The translations under genes were made by a program, and so were the position numbers. A DNA stretch of 27,676 nucleotides, taken from IMG/VR virus record IMGVR_UViG_3300042557_000322, positions 1 through 27,676 of that record. One strand, 5' to 3'. This document shows, piece after piece, positions 1-9,683 of this stretch. Origin of the DNA: a virus (lineage: Duplodnaviria > Caudoviricetes). The notes beneath the pieces are model-generated. The model saw nothing but the letters and a program-made list of their open reading frames with translations, was not told the DNA's origin and searched no databases. Every line of letters starts with the position of its first letter. Positions within the stretch are counted from its first letter, which is position 1.

Positions 1-2
1 AT

Positions 3-86
3 GACTGGCACCCCAGTGTTCACGGACATATAGAACTAGCAAACGTCATACATGATCGCATGAAGCGTAAAGGCTACAGGGGATAA
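3..86 (+). CDS. C-terminal end of an SGNH/GDSL-like protein (partial, starts before the window)
   Basis: Manual translation of frame 3 gives DWHPSVHGHIELANVIHDRMKRKGYRG*. DxHP..GH is the typical block V motif of SGNH hydrolases. Confidence 0.6.
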   Translation, partial: DWHPSVHGHIELANVIHDRMKRKGYRG

Positions 87-89
87 ATA
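82..89 (+). promoter_or_regulatory. Putative phage late promoter (GATAAATA, resembles T4 late TATAAATA)
   Basis: GATAAATA lies 5 nt upstream of the ATG at 95. The same TAAATA core recurs at 4762, 13971, 25262 (minus strand) and 27319, in or at the edge of intergenic gaps. Confidence 0.5.
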
Positions 90-94
90 CACTA

Positions 95-478
95 ATGCGT
101 ACAGAAGATTTCATGACATCAAGGGTAGACAAAGCGAAAGAAGTTAAAAAATTCGCTGAGTGGGCCTGCCAAAAACTAAACATCAAAAACCCTCCTAAGA
201 TCGAACTAAGCATGGATACTGAGGAAGCACAAGGTAACCATCATACGGGCGGGCATGTCATAGGTGGAGACAGCATATGGGTATATGCTAGGAACAGAAA
301 CCTAGTAGACATATTGCGTACCGTTTTTCATGAATTGGTTCATGTCCGTCAGGGTGAATTGGACATGGTAGACCAACATGACAGTTATCCAGGTAGCGCG
401 ATAGAGAGCATGGCTGACATGCTAGCCGGAAAATATATAAAGATTTACGGTGAAAAGAATAATCATATCTTCCAATAA
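95..478 (+). CDS. Small zincin-like metallopeptidase domain protein
   Basis: 127 aa ORF with HELVH (HExxH) followed by a downstream Glu (AIESMAD). Confidence 0.6.
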   Translation: MRTEDFMTSRVDKAKEVKKFAEWACQKLNIKNPPKIELSMDTEEAQGNHHTGGHVIGGDSIWVYARNRNLVDILRTVFHELVHVRQGELDMVDQHDSYPGSAIESMADMLAGKYIKIYGEKNNHIFQ

Positions 479-481
479 CTA

Positions 482-510
482 TTGATACTTTCTACCCATT
501 GATATATAAT
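482..510 (+). promoter_or_regulatory. Sigma70-type promoter, probably giving a leaderless tilS mRNA
   Basis: TTGATA(482-487)-17 bp-TATAAT(505-510); ATG at 518 with no Shine-Dalgarno. Confidence 0.65.
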
Positions 511-517
511 AGTGGGT

Positions 518-1117
518 ATGATTCAATTATTACATAAATTGCCTCGGACATTGACAGTCGCTTTTAGTGGCGGTGTGGACAGTGTCGCTGTGTTAGATTT
601 CCTTAGTAAGAATCATGAGGTAGATGCCGCATTCTTTCATCACGGTACCGATAATAGCGACAACGCTTTTGATTTCGTTTGGAATTTTTGCCGTGACCGA
701 GATATCACAATAACAGTAGGATACATCCGTAACGAAAAACCCAAAGAGTTAAGTTGGGAAGAACATTGGCGTAATGAACGTTATGCGTTTCTAGAAAATT
801 TCGAATATGTGGTCACAGGACATCATCTCAATGACTGCATTGAAACTTATATCTGGGGCACTATGCACGGTACTCCTAAAGTTATTCCTGACACACGAAA
901 GAATGTACATAGACCTTTCTTATTGAACCCAAAACAAGAATTCATCGACTGGTGTAATCGCAAAGAGTTGAATTGGTGTCAGGATTATAGCAATGAAAAT
1001 ACAGACTACATGCGCAATTATATCCGTAAATATGTAGTAGAACACGCATATCATATCAATCCAGGTATCGAAAAAGTCGTAAAGAAATTGATCTTAAATG
1101 CTAGTGAGTCTGAATAA
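518..1117 (+). CDS. tilS: tRNA(Ile)-lysidine synthetase-like PP-loop ATPase (catalytic domain only)
   Basis: Motifs AFSGGVDS, WRNERY, TGHHLNDCIET, RP and DYSN...YMRNYIR. It lacks the C-terminal TilS domains. The ORF track starts at GTG 512; ATG 518 is preferred. Confidence 0.85.
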   Translation: MIQLLHKLPRTLTVAFSGGVDSVAVLDFLSKNHEVDAAFFHHGTDNSDNAFDFVWNFCRDRDITITVGYIRNEKPKELSWEEHWRNERYAFLENFEYVVTGHHLNDCIETYIWGTMHGTPKVIPDTRKNVHRPFLLNPKQEFIDWCNRKELNWCQDYSNENTDYMRNYIRKYVVEHAYHINPGIEKVVKKLILNASESE

Positions 1118-1358
1118 AAATCCATGGTTACTAGAATGGATGAAAGATAACTGGAGGGAAGAAGTATTGGTTATATTTCGCAATCCTTTCCTACTTACGC
1201 TACCTAACGAAGTTCGCACGCCTAAACAGATGAGAAAGAATTTTGCTGAATTATTATCCAAAAACGGATATAAGGCTAAAACGGTAAAAGGCGGAGAAGA
1301 TGTCATAGTCGCTATTCCAGACGAAGAGTTCGTTTTCATAAAGATTAAATATTTATAA
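1098..1358 (+). CDS. Hypothetical phage protein
   Basis: 86 aa ORF packed between genes on the coding strand. Its C-terminus (DEEFVFIKIKYL) loosely resembles the 'WF.LRW' family at 18.7-19.5 kb. Confidence 0.55.
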   Translation: MLVSLNKNPWLLEWMKDNWREEVLVIFRNPFLLTLPNEVRTPKQMRKNFAELLSKNGYKAKTVKGGEDVIVAIPDEEFVFIKIKYL

Positions 1359-1379
1359 TCATGGCTTATAGTTGATCAC

Positions 1380-1397
1380 CCAAAATATATATTTTGG
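1380..1397. repeat. Perfect 18-bp palindrome CCAAAATATATATTTTGG
   Basis: Read directly; intergenic, 11 bp upstream of a -35 box. Confidence 0.85.
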
Positions 1398-1408
1398 ATG
1401 CAAAGTAT

Positions 1409-1437
1409 TTGACTTATTTACAACAATATACTATACT
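1409..1437 (+). promoter_or_regulatory. Sigma70-type early promoter
   Basis: TTGACT(1409-1414)-17 bp-TATACT(1432-1437), then SD AGGAG and ATG 1461. Confidence 0.8.
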
Positions 1438-1460
1438 AACTATCAACATAGGAGATTCTA

Positions 1461-1721
1461 ATGTCAACACGCACATTTAATAATGAAGCAAAAATCAAAC
1501 TTACCCAACTGATCAATGAAGGCATGGCTGTCATGCAAGAAGTTGAGACGTTGAACGAGGGTCTTACTGATACGGTAAAGGCTATCGCAGAAGAACTTGA
1601 GATCAAGCCAAGCATTCTCAAGAGGGCAATTCGCACAGCATATAAATCACGATTGGGTGAGACTAATAAAGAGAACGAAGAACTCAACACCATCTTGGAG
1701 ACTGTTGGGAAGACATTGTGA
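1461..1721 (+). CDS. Small dsDNA-binding protein (T4 DsbA/GapR-like coiled-coil)
   Basis: 86 aa helical protein with pattern 'VKAIAEELEIKPSILKRAIRTAYK', strong SD, upstream of the DNA polymerase. Confidence 0.55.
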   Translation: MSTRTFNNEAKIKLTQLINEGMAVMQEVETLNEGLTDTVKAIAEELEIKPSILKRAIRTAYKSRLGETNKENEELNTILETVGKTL

Positions 1722-2008
1722 ACGATATCTTTGAAGGTATATTCGATTGGATCCGTGAGGATTACAGGTCCAATCGATTTCGTTTTGTCGTGGAAGTATT
1801 GGCATGGTTGATCAGCATAGGCTGTTCATTGGTAATGGCATTGACAGTACCCAATCCACCTTTATTGTTGTTATACATACTGTGGATAGCAGGATGTGCT
1901 ATGTATGCATGGGCAGCATTGACCCGAAAAAGTTTCGGCATGCTGGCTAATTATGTATTATTGACTATGATTGACACAATAGGTCTAATGAGGTTACTTA
2001 ACAATTGA
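1718..2008 (+). CDS. Small membrane protein (about 3 TM helices)
   Basis: Three hydrophobic segments; overlaps both neighbours by 4 nt (GTGA, TTGA). Confidence 0.7.
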   Translation: MNDIFEGIFDWIREDYRSNRFRFVVEVLAWLISIGCSLVMALTVPNPPLLLLYILWIAGCAMYAWAALTRKSFGMLANYVLLTMIDTIGLMRLLNN

Positions 2009-4710
2009 GTTACGTTGACGCAATACACGATAGAGATAGTGATAGGATATTCATTGTAGAGCGACAGCCTGACGGCAAGCGCACATACAACGAGTTTCCT
2101 GCCAACTATACCTTTTATTATACTGATCCCAAAGGCAAGTATCGCAGTTTATATGGTGATAGCGTAAGCCGTTTCAGCACACGCAAGCGTAGTGAGTTTG
2201 AAAAAGAAAAACGTATACACAGCAATAAGAAACTGTATGAATCGGACATCAACGTGGTGTTCCGCTGTCTAAGTGAAAACTACTTAGGTTGTGAGCCTCC
2301 AAAACTCCATACATGTTTCTTTGACATTGAGGTAGACTTTGACCCTGAGAAGGGATTCAGCCCTACCAGTGATCCTTTCAATCCGGTCACGGCTATCTCA
2401 ATGTACTTGGATTGGCAAGATACACTAGTTACATTGTGTGTCCCGCCCAGACACATGAGTACTGAGACTGCTCAGGATATCGTCAAGAAGTATGAAAACT
2501 GTTTGATTTTTAAATCAGAGAAAGAAATGTTTGATACTTTCTTTATGTTGATTGAAGACGCAGATGTATTGACTGGCTGGAACTCAGAAGGATACGATAT
2601 ACCCTACATGGTCAATCGTGTGACGAGGGTCATGAGCAAAGACGATACACGCAAATTCTGTTTGCTTGGTCAGATGCCTAAGCCAAGAACATATGAACGA
2701 TTTGGTAAAGAAGAAACAACATATGATCTTGTAGGTCGTATTCACATGGACTATCTACAATTGTATAAAAAGTACAATTATGAAAGCCGCCATAGTTATA
2801 AACTAGACTCTATCGGTGAGATGGAAGTCGGTGAAAACAAGACGCAGTACGAAGGTACTCTTGATCAACTATATAACAAAGACTGGGAAAAGTTCTTAGA
2901 ATACAACAGACAAGATACGATGTTGCTTGTCAAGATTCATAACAAACTTAAGTTCCTTGACCTTGCTAACGCACTGGCACATGAGAATACTGTGTTGTTG
3001 CCGACTGTAATGGGTTCCGTGGCTATGATTGAGATGGCTATCATGAACGAAGCGCATGAGCGCGGACTCATGGTTCCTGATAAGAAAAGAAATAGTAGTG
3101 ATAGTGAGATGGCGGCCGCTGGTGCATATGTCGCTGTTCCTAAGAAAGGCGTACATGAGTACGTGGCTGCTATCGATATCAACAGTCTGTATCCTAGTGC
3201 TATTCGTTCATTGAACATGGCTCCAGAAACTATCGTTGCACAAGTTAGACAGACATTGACTGAGAAATATCTGACCGACAAAGCAAGAAATCTTGCTAGC
3301 GAAAAGCGCAACTATGACAAAGACGATGACCTTGAGATGAGTTCATTACTCTGGGAAGGCTTGTTCGGTACACTAGAGTATGAAGCCATCATGAACCAAG
3401 AGCGTGGCACTATGCTCACAGTTGACTTTGAGAGTGGTGAAAGTGTAGAGATGAGTGCGGCAGAAGTATGGAAATTGATCTTTGATAGCAACAAGCCATA
3501 TATTCTTAGTGCTAACGGCACGATCTTTAGGTCAGATAGCGAAGGTGTGATTCCCGGTCTACTCACACGCTGGTACAGTGATCGTAAAGATATGCAAAAG
3601 AAACTCAAACAATCTACTACTAAAGAAGATATTGAGTATTGGGATAAGCGTCAGTTAGTTCGTAAGATTTTGCTCAACAGTGCATATGGTGCATTGTTGA
3701 ACGAACATTGCCGATTCTACGATAAGCGCATTGGTCAAAGTGTTACATTGAGCGGGCGACAGATCGTTAAACATATGAGTGCGCATATCAATGAAATCAT
3801 AGCAGGCACTTATGATCATTACGGTGAAGCGATTGTATATGGTGATACGGACAGTTGCTATTTTAGTGCATACCCTATTCTGAATTCGCAAATACAGAAT
3901 GGTGAAGTAGAGTGGAGCAAAGAACTTGCAGTACAACTCTATGATAATGTTTCGGATCAAGTGAATGACGGCTTCCCTAGTTTCATGGAACGTGCATTTC
4001 ATGTACCTCGCAAATTGAGCGTGATCAAGGGAGGTCGTGAACTTGTAGGTGATCGTAGTCTGTTCATCACAAAGAAGCGTTATGCTATCAATATCTATGA
4101 CAAAGAAGGCAAACGCCTTGATACTAACGGCAAGCAAGGTAAGATCAAGGCTATGGGCCTTGACTTGAAACGAGCAGATACTCCCAAGTATGTGCAAGAC
4201 TTTTTGTTTGAAGTGCTTGAGATGGTCCTTGCAGGTAAGACAAGAGAGGATGTCATTGAGCGTATCAAGCAATTCAAGATCGAACTTGGTAAGCAAGATA
4301 GTTGGACTAAGGGTTCGCCCAAGAGTGTCAACAACTTGACTACATATGGTGATCTTGAAGCAAATAGTAAGACAGGCAAAGCAAATATGCCCGGACACGT
4401 TCGTGCGGCATTGAACTGGAACTATCTACGCCGTGTAAATGGTGACAACTATAGCATGAAGATGGTCGATGGCATGAAGGTGGTGGTATGTAAACTAAAG
4501 CCTAATCCATTGAACTTTACAAGCATAGCATATCCCACTGACGAACTAAGATTACCAAACTGGTTCATAGAATTACCATTCGATGATAGTGCTATGGAAA
4601 AAACACTAGTCGATAAAAAGATCGATAACCTTCTAGGAGTATTGAATTGGGAACTAGAAGAGAACACAGACACCAATTCGACATTTGATGATTTGTTTAT
4701 TTTTGGTTAA
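2005..4710 (+). CDS. polB: Family B DNA polymerase with 3'-5' exonuclease (gp43-like)
   Basis: Exo motifs FFDIEV, GWNSEGYDIPY and YNRQD; polymerase motifs DINSLYPS, KILLNSAYG, YGDTDS and KKRY; TTG start. Confidence 0.97.
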   Translation: MSYVDAIHDRDSDRIFIVERQPDGKRTYNEFPANYTFYYTDPKGKYRSLYGDSVSRFSTRKRSEFEKEKRIHSNKKLYESDINVVFRCLSENYLGCEPPKLHTCFFDIEVDFDPEKGFSPTSDPFNPVTAISMYLDWQDTLVTLCVPPRHMSTETAQDIVKKYENCLIFKSEKEMFDTFFMLIEDADVLTGWNSEGYDIPYMVNRVTRVMSKDDTRKFCLLGQMPKPRTYERFGKEETTYDLVGRIHMDYLQLYKKYNYESRHSYKLDSIGEMEVGENKTQYEGTLDQLYNKDWEKFLEYNRQDTMLLVKIHNKLKFLDLANALAHENTVLLPTVMGSVAMIEMAIMNEAHERGLMVPDKKRNSSDSEMAAAGAYVAVPKKGVHEYVAAIDINSLYPSAIRSLNMAPETIVAQVRQTLTEKYLTDKARNLASEKRNYDKDDDLEMSSLLWEGLFGTLEYEAIMNQERGTMLTVDFESGESVEMSAAEVWKLIFDSNKPYILSANGTIFRSDSEGVIPGLLTRWYSDRKDMQKKLKQSTTKEDIEYWDKRQLVRKILLNSAYGALLNEHCRFYDKRIGQSVTLSGRQIVKHMSAHINEIIAGTYDHYGEAIVYGDTDSCYFSAYPILNSQIQNGEVEWSKELAVQLYDNVSDQVNDGFPSFMERAFHVPRKLSVIKGGRELVGDRSLFITKKRYAINIYDKEGKRLDTNGKQGKIKAMGLDLKRADTPKYVQDFLFEVLEMVLAGKTREDVIERIKQFKIELGKQDSWTKGSPKSVNNLTTYGDLEANSKTGKANMPGHVRAALNWNYLRRVNGDNYSMKMVDGMKVVVCKLKPNPLNFTSIAYPTDELRLPNWFIELPFDDSAMEKTLVDKKIDNLLGVLNWELEENTDTNSTFDDLFIFG

Positions 4711-4717
4711 CAACTAT

Positions 4718-4746
4718 TTGACTTTAGTAATAAAATCCATTATTAT
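4718..4746 (+). promoter_or_regulatory. Sigma70-type promoter, followed by late-like CTAAATA (4762-4768)
   Basis: TTGACT(4718-4723)-17 bp-TATTAT(4741-4746); SD GAGGA before ATG 4790. Confidence 0.7.
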
Positions 4747-4789
4747 ACACAATGATTCTACCTAAATATCTAACACAAAGAGGAAACAC

Positions 4790-5512
4790 ATGAAAGACAA
4801 TTTACAAGATTTGATTCAACATACATTTGGCCTGGGAGTCATCGAACTCGTCAAGGTCGCAGGCACTGACAAGCAGACAGTAATCTCTGCAATCGCAGAA
4901 GATAAGAGCGTTATCGTTGAGGGTACTTTTGATACCCCGCAAGCAGAATTCATCGGTACGTTCGGTATGCCTAACTTAGGCAAACTCAAGACTATTCTTG
5001 GTTTTGATGATTATGATGAACATGCAGTCATCAATGTTGCACGTAACAAAGACGATATCCCTACTGCTATTCACTTTGAGACTAAGGCTGGAGATTTCGT
5101 CAATGACTATCGATTGATGGGCAAGGCTATCATCGAAGAAAAAGTCAAAGATGTTAAATTCAAAGGCGCCAAGTGGGACGTTGAATTCGAACCTACTGTT
5201 GCAGGTATCATGCGATTGAAGAAGCAGGCTCAAGCAAACAGCGAAGAGATTCACTTCACTACTAAGACTGACAAAGGTGATCTTAAGATTTACTTTGGTG
5301 ACCCGTCAACACACAGCGGTAACTTTGTATTTCATTCAGATGTAGAAGGTACGTTGGGTCGTGCATGGGCATGGCCTGTCAAGGTCTTCATGAGCATCAT
5401 GGACTTGCCCGGTGACAAGACCGTAAAGATCAGCGATCAAGGTGCTACTGAGATCACTGTCAAGGGTCTTTGTGCGACTTATCGTTATCTACTTCCAGCA
5501 CAGGCGAAATGA
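4790..5512 (+). CDS. Probable sliding clamp (gp45/PCNA-like processivity factor)
   Basis: 240 aa with a two-domain beta-rich pattern, C-terminal 'YRYLLPA' strand and position next to the polymerase, whose C-terminus ends in a clamp-binding-like 'TFDDLF' motif. Confidence 0.65.
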   Translation: MKDNLQDLIQHTFGLGVIELVKVAGTDKQTVISAIAEDKSVIVEGTFDTPQAEFIGTFGMPNLGKLKTILGFDDYDEHAVINVARNKDDIPTAIHFETKAGDFVNDYRLMGKAIIEEKVKDVKFKGAKWDVEFEPTVAGIMRLKKQAQANSEEIHFTTKTDKGDLKIYFGDPSTHSGNFVFHSDVEGTLGRAWAWPVKVFMSIMDLPGDKTVKISDQGATEITVKGLCATYRYLLPAQAK

Positions 5513-5853
5513 TCAAGATACAGCAAAGCAGTTATCCTTTAGTTTGGCAGATTGATAATAGTTACAGTCTGCCAAGCACTACTGGGCAGGTTCGCTGGAA
5601 CGGTCAAACGAAATGTTTTGAAGTTTGTGATAACAACAATAGTTCATACCATGGCGGATGGATGCGAATCGATAATACGATTCAAATAAGTTCTGACCCT
5701 CAACTCCAATCAGTACTTGAATGGGCTAAGAAAAAGATGATTGAAGACGAGAAGATCGAAAAACTCGCTAAAGAGTATCCGGCAGTAAAAGACGCTAAAG
5801 AAAAATTAGATATTATTATGAAATTAGTACAAGATGAAAATAGTAGCACCTGA
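5509..5853 (+). CDS. Hypothetical phage protein
   Basis: ATGA overlap with the clamp stop; GQVRWN...FEVCD beta region and a C-terminal coiled coil. Confidence 0.7.
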   Translation: MIKIQQSSYPLVWQIDNSYSLPSTTGQVRWNGQTKCFEVCDNNNSSYHGGWMRIDNTIQISSDPQLQSVLEWAKKKMIEDEKIEKLAKEYPAVKDAKEKLDIIMKLVQDENSST

Positions 5854-6481
5854 AACAAAAATACAGATTATACATCCTGTAGGCCTTTGTATGCCGGCCT
5901 GGAATCCTGATTATATCTTTATTCCTATTCCCAAAAATGCTTCTAGTTACACAAAAAGGATTTGGAAACTACAGTGCGGCATGACAACGAATGTTCCTGA
6001 TAATTTTATTACTAATCCAATTCAATTATCTAAAAAGAAAATAGTTGTATTGCGCGAACCTTATGAAAGATACATATCAGGATTATTAGAATATTTGTAT
6101 CGCGCCCAAATAAGTTGTGATCAGGTAGATTTTGATGATCTTTTTAAAACTTTTGCATTTGATGGACACACATCATTGCAAGTGCAGTTTTTGGAGGGTA
6201 TAGATACCGATACTTGTATATTTTTAAAGTTCGGTAGTAGTTACTCTAACGATTTAACGCATCTAATTCAACATAAATTGCACAGAAATCAAAAATTTCC
6301 GGGTGGAGAATTTACGGGTTGGAGATATAATAGAACTTCAACCAGACCTGAAAAGGTAGCAATGTTAGATAAACTAACCGAATATCTTGACAATCATGAA
6401 GAAGTGGTGTTATCATTGAAAGAATATCTTATCCCGGACTATAATCTTTTCAATAATGTTCAGTTCTACAACAACAGGTAA
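5834..6481 (+). CDS. Sulfotransferase family 2-like protein
   Basis: FIPIPKNASS (5'-PSB loop), VLREPYERYISG (3'-PB motif), H..Q and a terminal DY.LF motif. Confidence 0.7.
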   Translation: MKIVAPETKIQIIHPVGLCMPAWNPDYIFIPIPKNASSYTKRIWKLQCGMTTNVPDNFITNPIQLSKKKIVVLREPYERYISGLLEYLYRAQISCDQVDFDDLFKTFAFDGHTSLQVQFLEGIDTDTCIFLKFGSSYSNDLTHLIQHKLHRNQKFPGGEFTGWRYNRTSTRPEKVAMLDKLTEYLDNHEEVVLSLKEYLIPDYNLFNNVQFYNNR

Positions 6482-6486
6482 AATAG

Positions 6487-8025
6487 ATGGAACAAATAAA
6501 TTTATCAAACAATCATAAAAATGACTGGGCATTGTTTTTGCCAGCAGTCAGTAGTTTCTTTATCACCGGCTTGGGCAAGCAACGTGAGGGAGAAGATTAT
6601 TTTCCTAGTGAGCGTATTCCCGCAGGCTTCAACGGTGATGTTGAATGCTTGAACTTCTTGAATAGCAAAGAAGGACTATACACATATCAGTGGGGCTTGT
6701 ATAGTGCAGGTCACGCTAACCTTGATACTACTGTAGACGATCATGCAGAAAGCATCATACGTAAACGTGAACAAGGTACATTCATGCTAGGTGACAGTGG
6801 TGGATTCCAGATCATGAAAGGTCAATGGCCTGCTGACTGGAAAGATCCCAACTGCCCTAAAGCATTGAAGCAACGTAAGTTAGTATTGAACTGGATGGAT
6901 ACGTACATGGATTATGGTATGTGTCTTGACGTTCCATCACAGACTATTCGTAATCAGCATTTGCTTGATAAGCATGGTATTCGCACTATCGAAGACGCGG
7001 TCAAGGCTACACATATCAATAACGAATACTTCATCAAGAACCGTAATGGTAGTTGTAAGTTCTTAAATGTATTGCAGGGTCTCAATCATACACAGAGTGA
7101 TAACTGGTATGAAGAGATGAAGAAGTATTGCGATCCAAACATCTATCCGGACAATCATTTTAATGGTTGGGCTTTCGGGGGTCAGAATAAGATCGATATT
7201 CATTTGATGTTACGCCGTCTTGTGATCATGATCCATGATGGATTGCTTGAGCCAGGTAAGCATGACTTGATTCACTGTCTTGGTACTAGTATCTTAGAGT
7301 ATGCAGTATTGTTTAGTGATATTCAACGAGCGATTCGCAAGCATCATAATCCAAACTTGCAGATAACTTTTGACTGTGCAAGCCCATTCTTTAGCGCGGC
7401 TAAAGGTCTAGCGTACTTTCAAAATAATATCGAACACGATAGTAAATGGTCATACAGCATGGAAAAAACGGCTGAAAACAAAGATTATGCAACAGATAAT
7501 CGGAAATTCAGTATTGCTGTATTGCAAGATGGGGTGCATAAAACATTCCAAGACAGTCCTATAACTGACAGAATGTTAGTTCGTGACTTATGCTACAGGG
7601 GTCATGGCTTTATCGGTGCTCATGGTAAAGAGACTAAGACTAGTTGGGACACATTGAGTTATACATTATTGCAGGCTCATAACGTATATCAGCATATTGT
7701 TGCTGTGCAGGAAGGTAACAAGTTGTATGATCAAGGTGTGATTCCCAAGATGGTAATGAATGAGATTTTTGAGAAGATCAAATTCGGAGATATTGTTGAA
7801 GCGATTTTTGCATTAAAAGACAAAGAGAAAAGTCTCAATCTTATTGATAAGTATGATAAATTCTGGACACAGATGAAATCTGGAAGCCAGGGTTTCAGCG
7901 GCAAAAAGACAGTCAATGCATTGACTAAGTTTGAAGAATTATTCAGCGTACAAGAGCAGAGTAATAACGTAGAAGAAGAGATAGAAGATACCGACGATTT
8001 AATATCGCAAAATTTAGAGAACTGA
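6487..8025 (+). CDS. dpdA: Divergent tRNA-guanine transglycosylase-fold protein (DpdA-like 7-deazaguanine transglycosylase)
   Basis: TGT motifs GDSGGFQ, LDVP, VLQG, WAFGG, HCLG and FDCASP; no obvious CxCxxC zinc site of bacterial Tgt; co-occurs with folE, queD and queE. Confidence 0.75.
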   Translation: MEQINLSNNHKNDWALFLPAVSSFFITGLGKQREGEDYFPSERIPAGFNGDVECLNFLNSKEGLYTYQWGLYSAGHANLDTTVDDHAESIIRKREQGTFMLGDSGGFQIMKGQWPADWKDPNCPKALKQRKLVLNWMDTYMDYGMCLDVPSQTIRNQHLLDKHGIRTIEDAVKATHINNEYFIKNRNGSCKFLNVLQGLNHTQSDNWYEEMKKYCDPNIYPDNHFNGWAFGGQNKIDIHLMLRRLVIMIHDGLLEPGKHDLIHCLGTSILEYAVLFSDIQRAIRKHHNPNLQITFDCASPFFSAAKGLAYFQNNIEHDSKWSYSMEKTAENKDYATDNRKFSIAVLQDGVHKTFQDSPITDRMLVRDLCYRGHGFIGAHGKETKTSWDTLSYTLLQAHNVYQHIVAVQEGNKLYDQGVIPKMVMNEIFEKIKFGDIVEAIFALKDKEKSLNLIDKYDKFWTQMKSGSQGFSGKKTVNALTKFEELFSVQEQSNNVEEEIEDTDDLISQNLEN

Positions 8026-8026
8026 T

Positions 8027-8203
8027 ATGGTGGCATATACGAATCAAATACGCATATTAGAAAATAATCTCAAGCAATTAGAACAGGGAACCGATAAAGA
8101 AGACCTGAAAAAAATGGCTGAGATTATCAATCAATTGCGTGTATTACGCAGATTAGAATGGGAAGAAAAATATGAAAGAGTTAATATGGAGGATGAGAGA
8201 TGA
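8027..8203 (+). CDS. Small coiled-coil hypothetical protein (58 aa, not in ORF track)
   Basis: Manual translation MVAYTNQIRILENNLKQLEQG...EWEEKYERVNMEDER*; it fills the gap exactly, with an ATGA overlap into the next gene. Confidence 0.7.
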   Translation: MVAYTNQIRILENNLKQLEQGTDKEDLKKMAEIINQLRVLRRLEWEEKYERVNMEDER

Positions 8204-8652
8204 GTGAAGATCCGGTAGTTTATCAAACTAATCAGGCACGAACTGATAAAAGAAATAGAATCAAGCAACACGCTAATCGTGTGATATGGGTTACCTTTCA
8301 GCGCGAGGGTATTCATAAGTATCCGGCAGCAGCCACAGATCCAAATCTAGCCGACGTGTCTTTTTTAGCCAACGAGCATCGTCATATATTTCATTTTAAC
8401 GTTGCTATCGAAGTCACACATAATGACCGTGACATCGAATTCATACAATTCAAACGCTGGCTTGAAGCATTGTATCAAGGTACTTTACAACTAAATTATA
8501 AAAGTTGTGAGATGATATGTGATGATCTATATGAAGTAATTGCTACACGTTATCCTGACAGGTTCGTAGAAATCACGGTTAGCGAAGATGGTGAGAACGG
8601 CGCTACTATCACATACAATACAGTTAAACCTAATTTACAAGTAGTGATCTAA
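8200..8652 (+). CDS. QueD-like T-fold protein, DpdL-like (putative CDG decarboxylase)
   Basis: Motifs EGIHKY, LANEHRHIF (LxxxHRHxF), DIEF, SCE and VSED; lacks the QueD CxxxHGH motif; two genes downstream of the DpdA-like gene. Confidence 0.65.
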   Translation: MSEDPVVYQTNQARTDKRNRIKQHANRVIWVTFQREGIHKYPAAATDPNLADVSFLANEHRHIFHFNVAIEVTHNDRDIEFIQFKRWLEALYQGTLQLNYKSCEMICDDLYEVIATRYPDRFVEITVSEDGENGATITYNTVKPNLQVVI

Positions 8653-9683
8653 TGAGTTTTAATACTCTACATCTACATCCTGAACCAGAATTGAATATGA
8701 ATCCCACATATCGTGAGATTCCGTTATCAAAAGTTCCAATGGTTTTTGAAAATTCTTTCATGAATAATGTGCAGAAGTTTTTAGTGACCGATGACAATAT
8801 GAAACCAATGCATGTTGAGATATTTGCAGAAAATACAGAGTTTCATGTGATGCGCGGTAGTGATACTTTGCTCATCGTCATAGGTGAGAGTTGGACTTAT
8901 GGAGAATCTTTGCACGGTGTAGGTACCGGTGCAGGATACTTTAATTTTCAATCACAACTTGAAGGTTGCATGGGTCCTCGAATGGCAGAAGTCACGGGTT
9001 GGGACTTATATCAGTTCGCTATACCCGGTAATTGCAATCTTTACATGCATATGGAATTAGATCGCATATTGAAACATGTGTCTACTCTAGGTTACAAGCA
9101 GGTAAAGGTCGTATTGCAGATGACTGAAAATTCCAGAGAGATTCCAATACGTTGTAGTAAAAATACATCAACAATATTGAACCATGGCTCATATCCATTA
9201 GAACACTGGTTTGATATAGGAATAAACCAAGAGATTGATTTATTCGAATGGCTGGCTTTATATGATGATTTTTTCTTGAGTCATTATCATACCAGCCTAA
9301 ATAGTTTCAATGCATGTCCTATCGAGGGCATACTTTGGAGAAACTTCACTAAATTAACCACTGATAAGAGAAGTTACAACTTCAAGATCATAGAACCTAC
9401 TATGATCACTTATACTGGGTCATTAGTGAATCATGAGCATATACCTCCGACTTTAATGAACCCAATTCAATTTGATGATTTCTTTAGAACCATTGGGAAA
9501 AAGATCAAAGTGGATATGGACTTCATGGAAGAGCAGGTTAGGTTGATTGAAAAGATGTTTGATTACATCAATGGTAATGTGGATGTCAAAAATCTTATCT
9601 ATCATAACAATCACCCGACCAAGATCGGACATCTAGTGTGGGCGCACGAATTGATACGTCAGGCTGGGTGGAAAAGTATTTGA
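8652..9683 (+). CDS. SGNH/GDSL-like hydrolase or acyltransferase
   Basis: VIGESWTYG (block I-like), PGNCN and NHPTKIGH (block V-like). Confidence 0.6.
   Translation: MSFNTLHLHPEPELNMNPTYREIPLSKVPMVFENSFMNNVQKFLVTDDNMKPMHVEIFAENTEFHVMRGSDTLLIVIGESWTYGESLHGVGTGAGYFNFQSQLEGCMGPRMAEVTGWDLYQFAIPGNCNLYMHMELDRILKHVSTLGYKQVKVVLQMTENSREIPIRCSKNTSTILNHGSYPLEHWFDIGINQEIDLFEWLALYDDFFLSHYHTSLNSFNACPIEGILWRNFTKLTTDKRSYNFKIIEPTMITYTGSLVNHEHIPPTLMNPIQFDDFFRTIGKKIKVDMDFMEEQVRLIEKMFDYINGNVDVKNLIYHNNHPTKIGHLVWAHELIRQAGWKSI

Noticed and set aside
518-1117. PP-loop ATPase as the missing QueC
   Set aside because: Motifs (HHLND..ET, D.SN, RN.IR) are TilS-type, and the QueC C-terminal Cys zinc motif is absent.
3230-3510. 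Extra segment in PolB between PET and SANG considered as an intein
   Set aside because: No Cys/Ser start with His-Asn end and no LAGLIDADG motif; it is more likely a lineage-specific insertion.
2896-4676. Several long minus-strand ORFs (up to 247 aa) inside the polymerase gene
   Set aside because: Antisense shadows of a codon-biased gene, with no motifs, SD or promoter. The same applies to the other antisense ORFs in the track.
6487-8025. Canonical tRNA-modifying Tgt
   Set aside because: It is much longer and more divergent than bacterial Tgt, has no evident zinc-binding CxCxxC motif, and sits in a phage replication context; DpdA-like is preferred though unproven.
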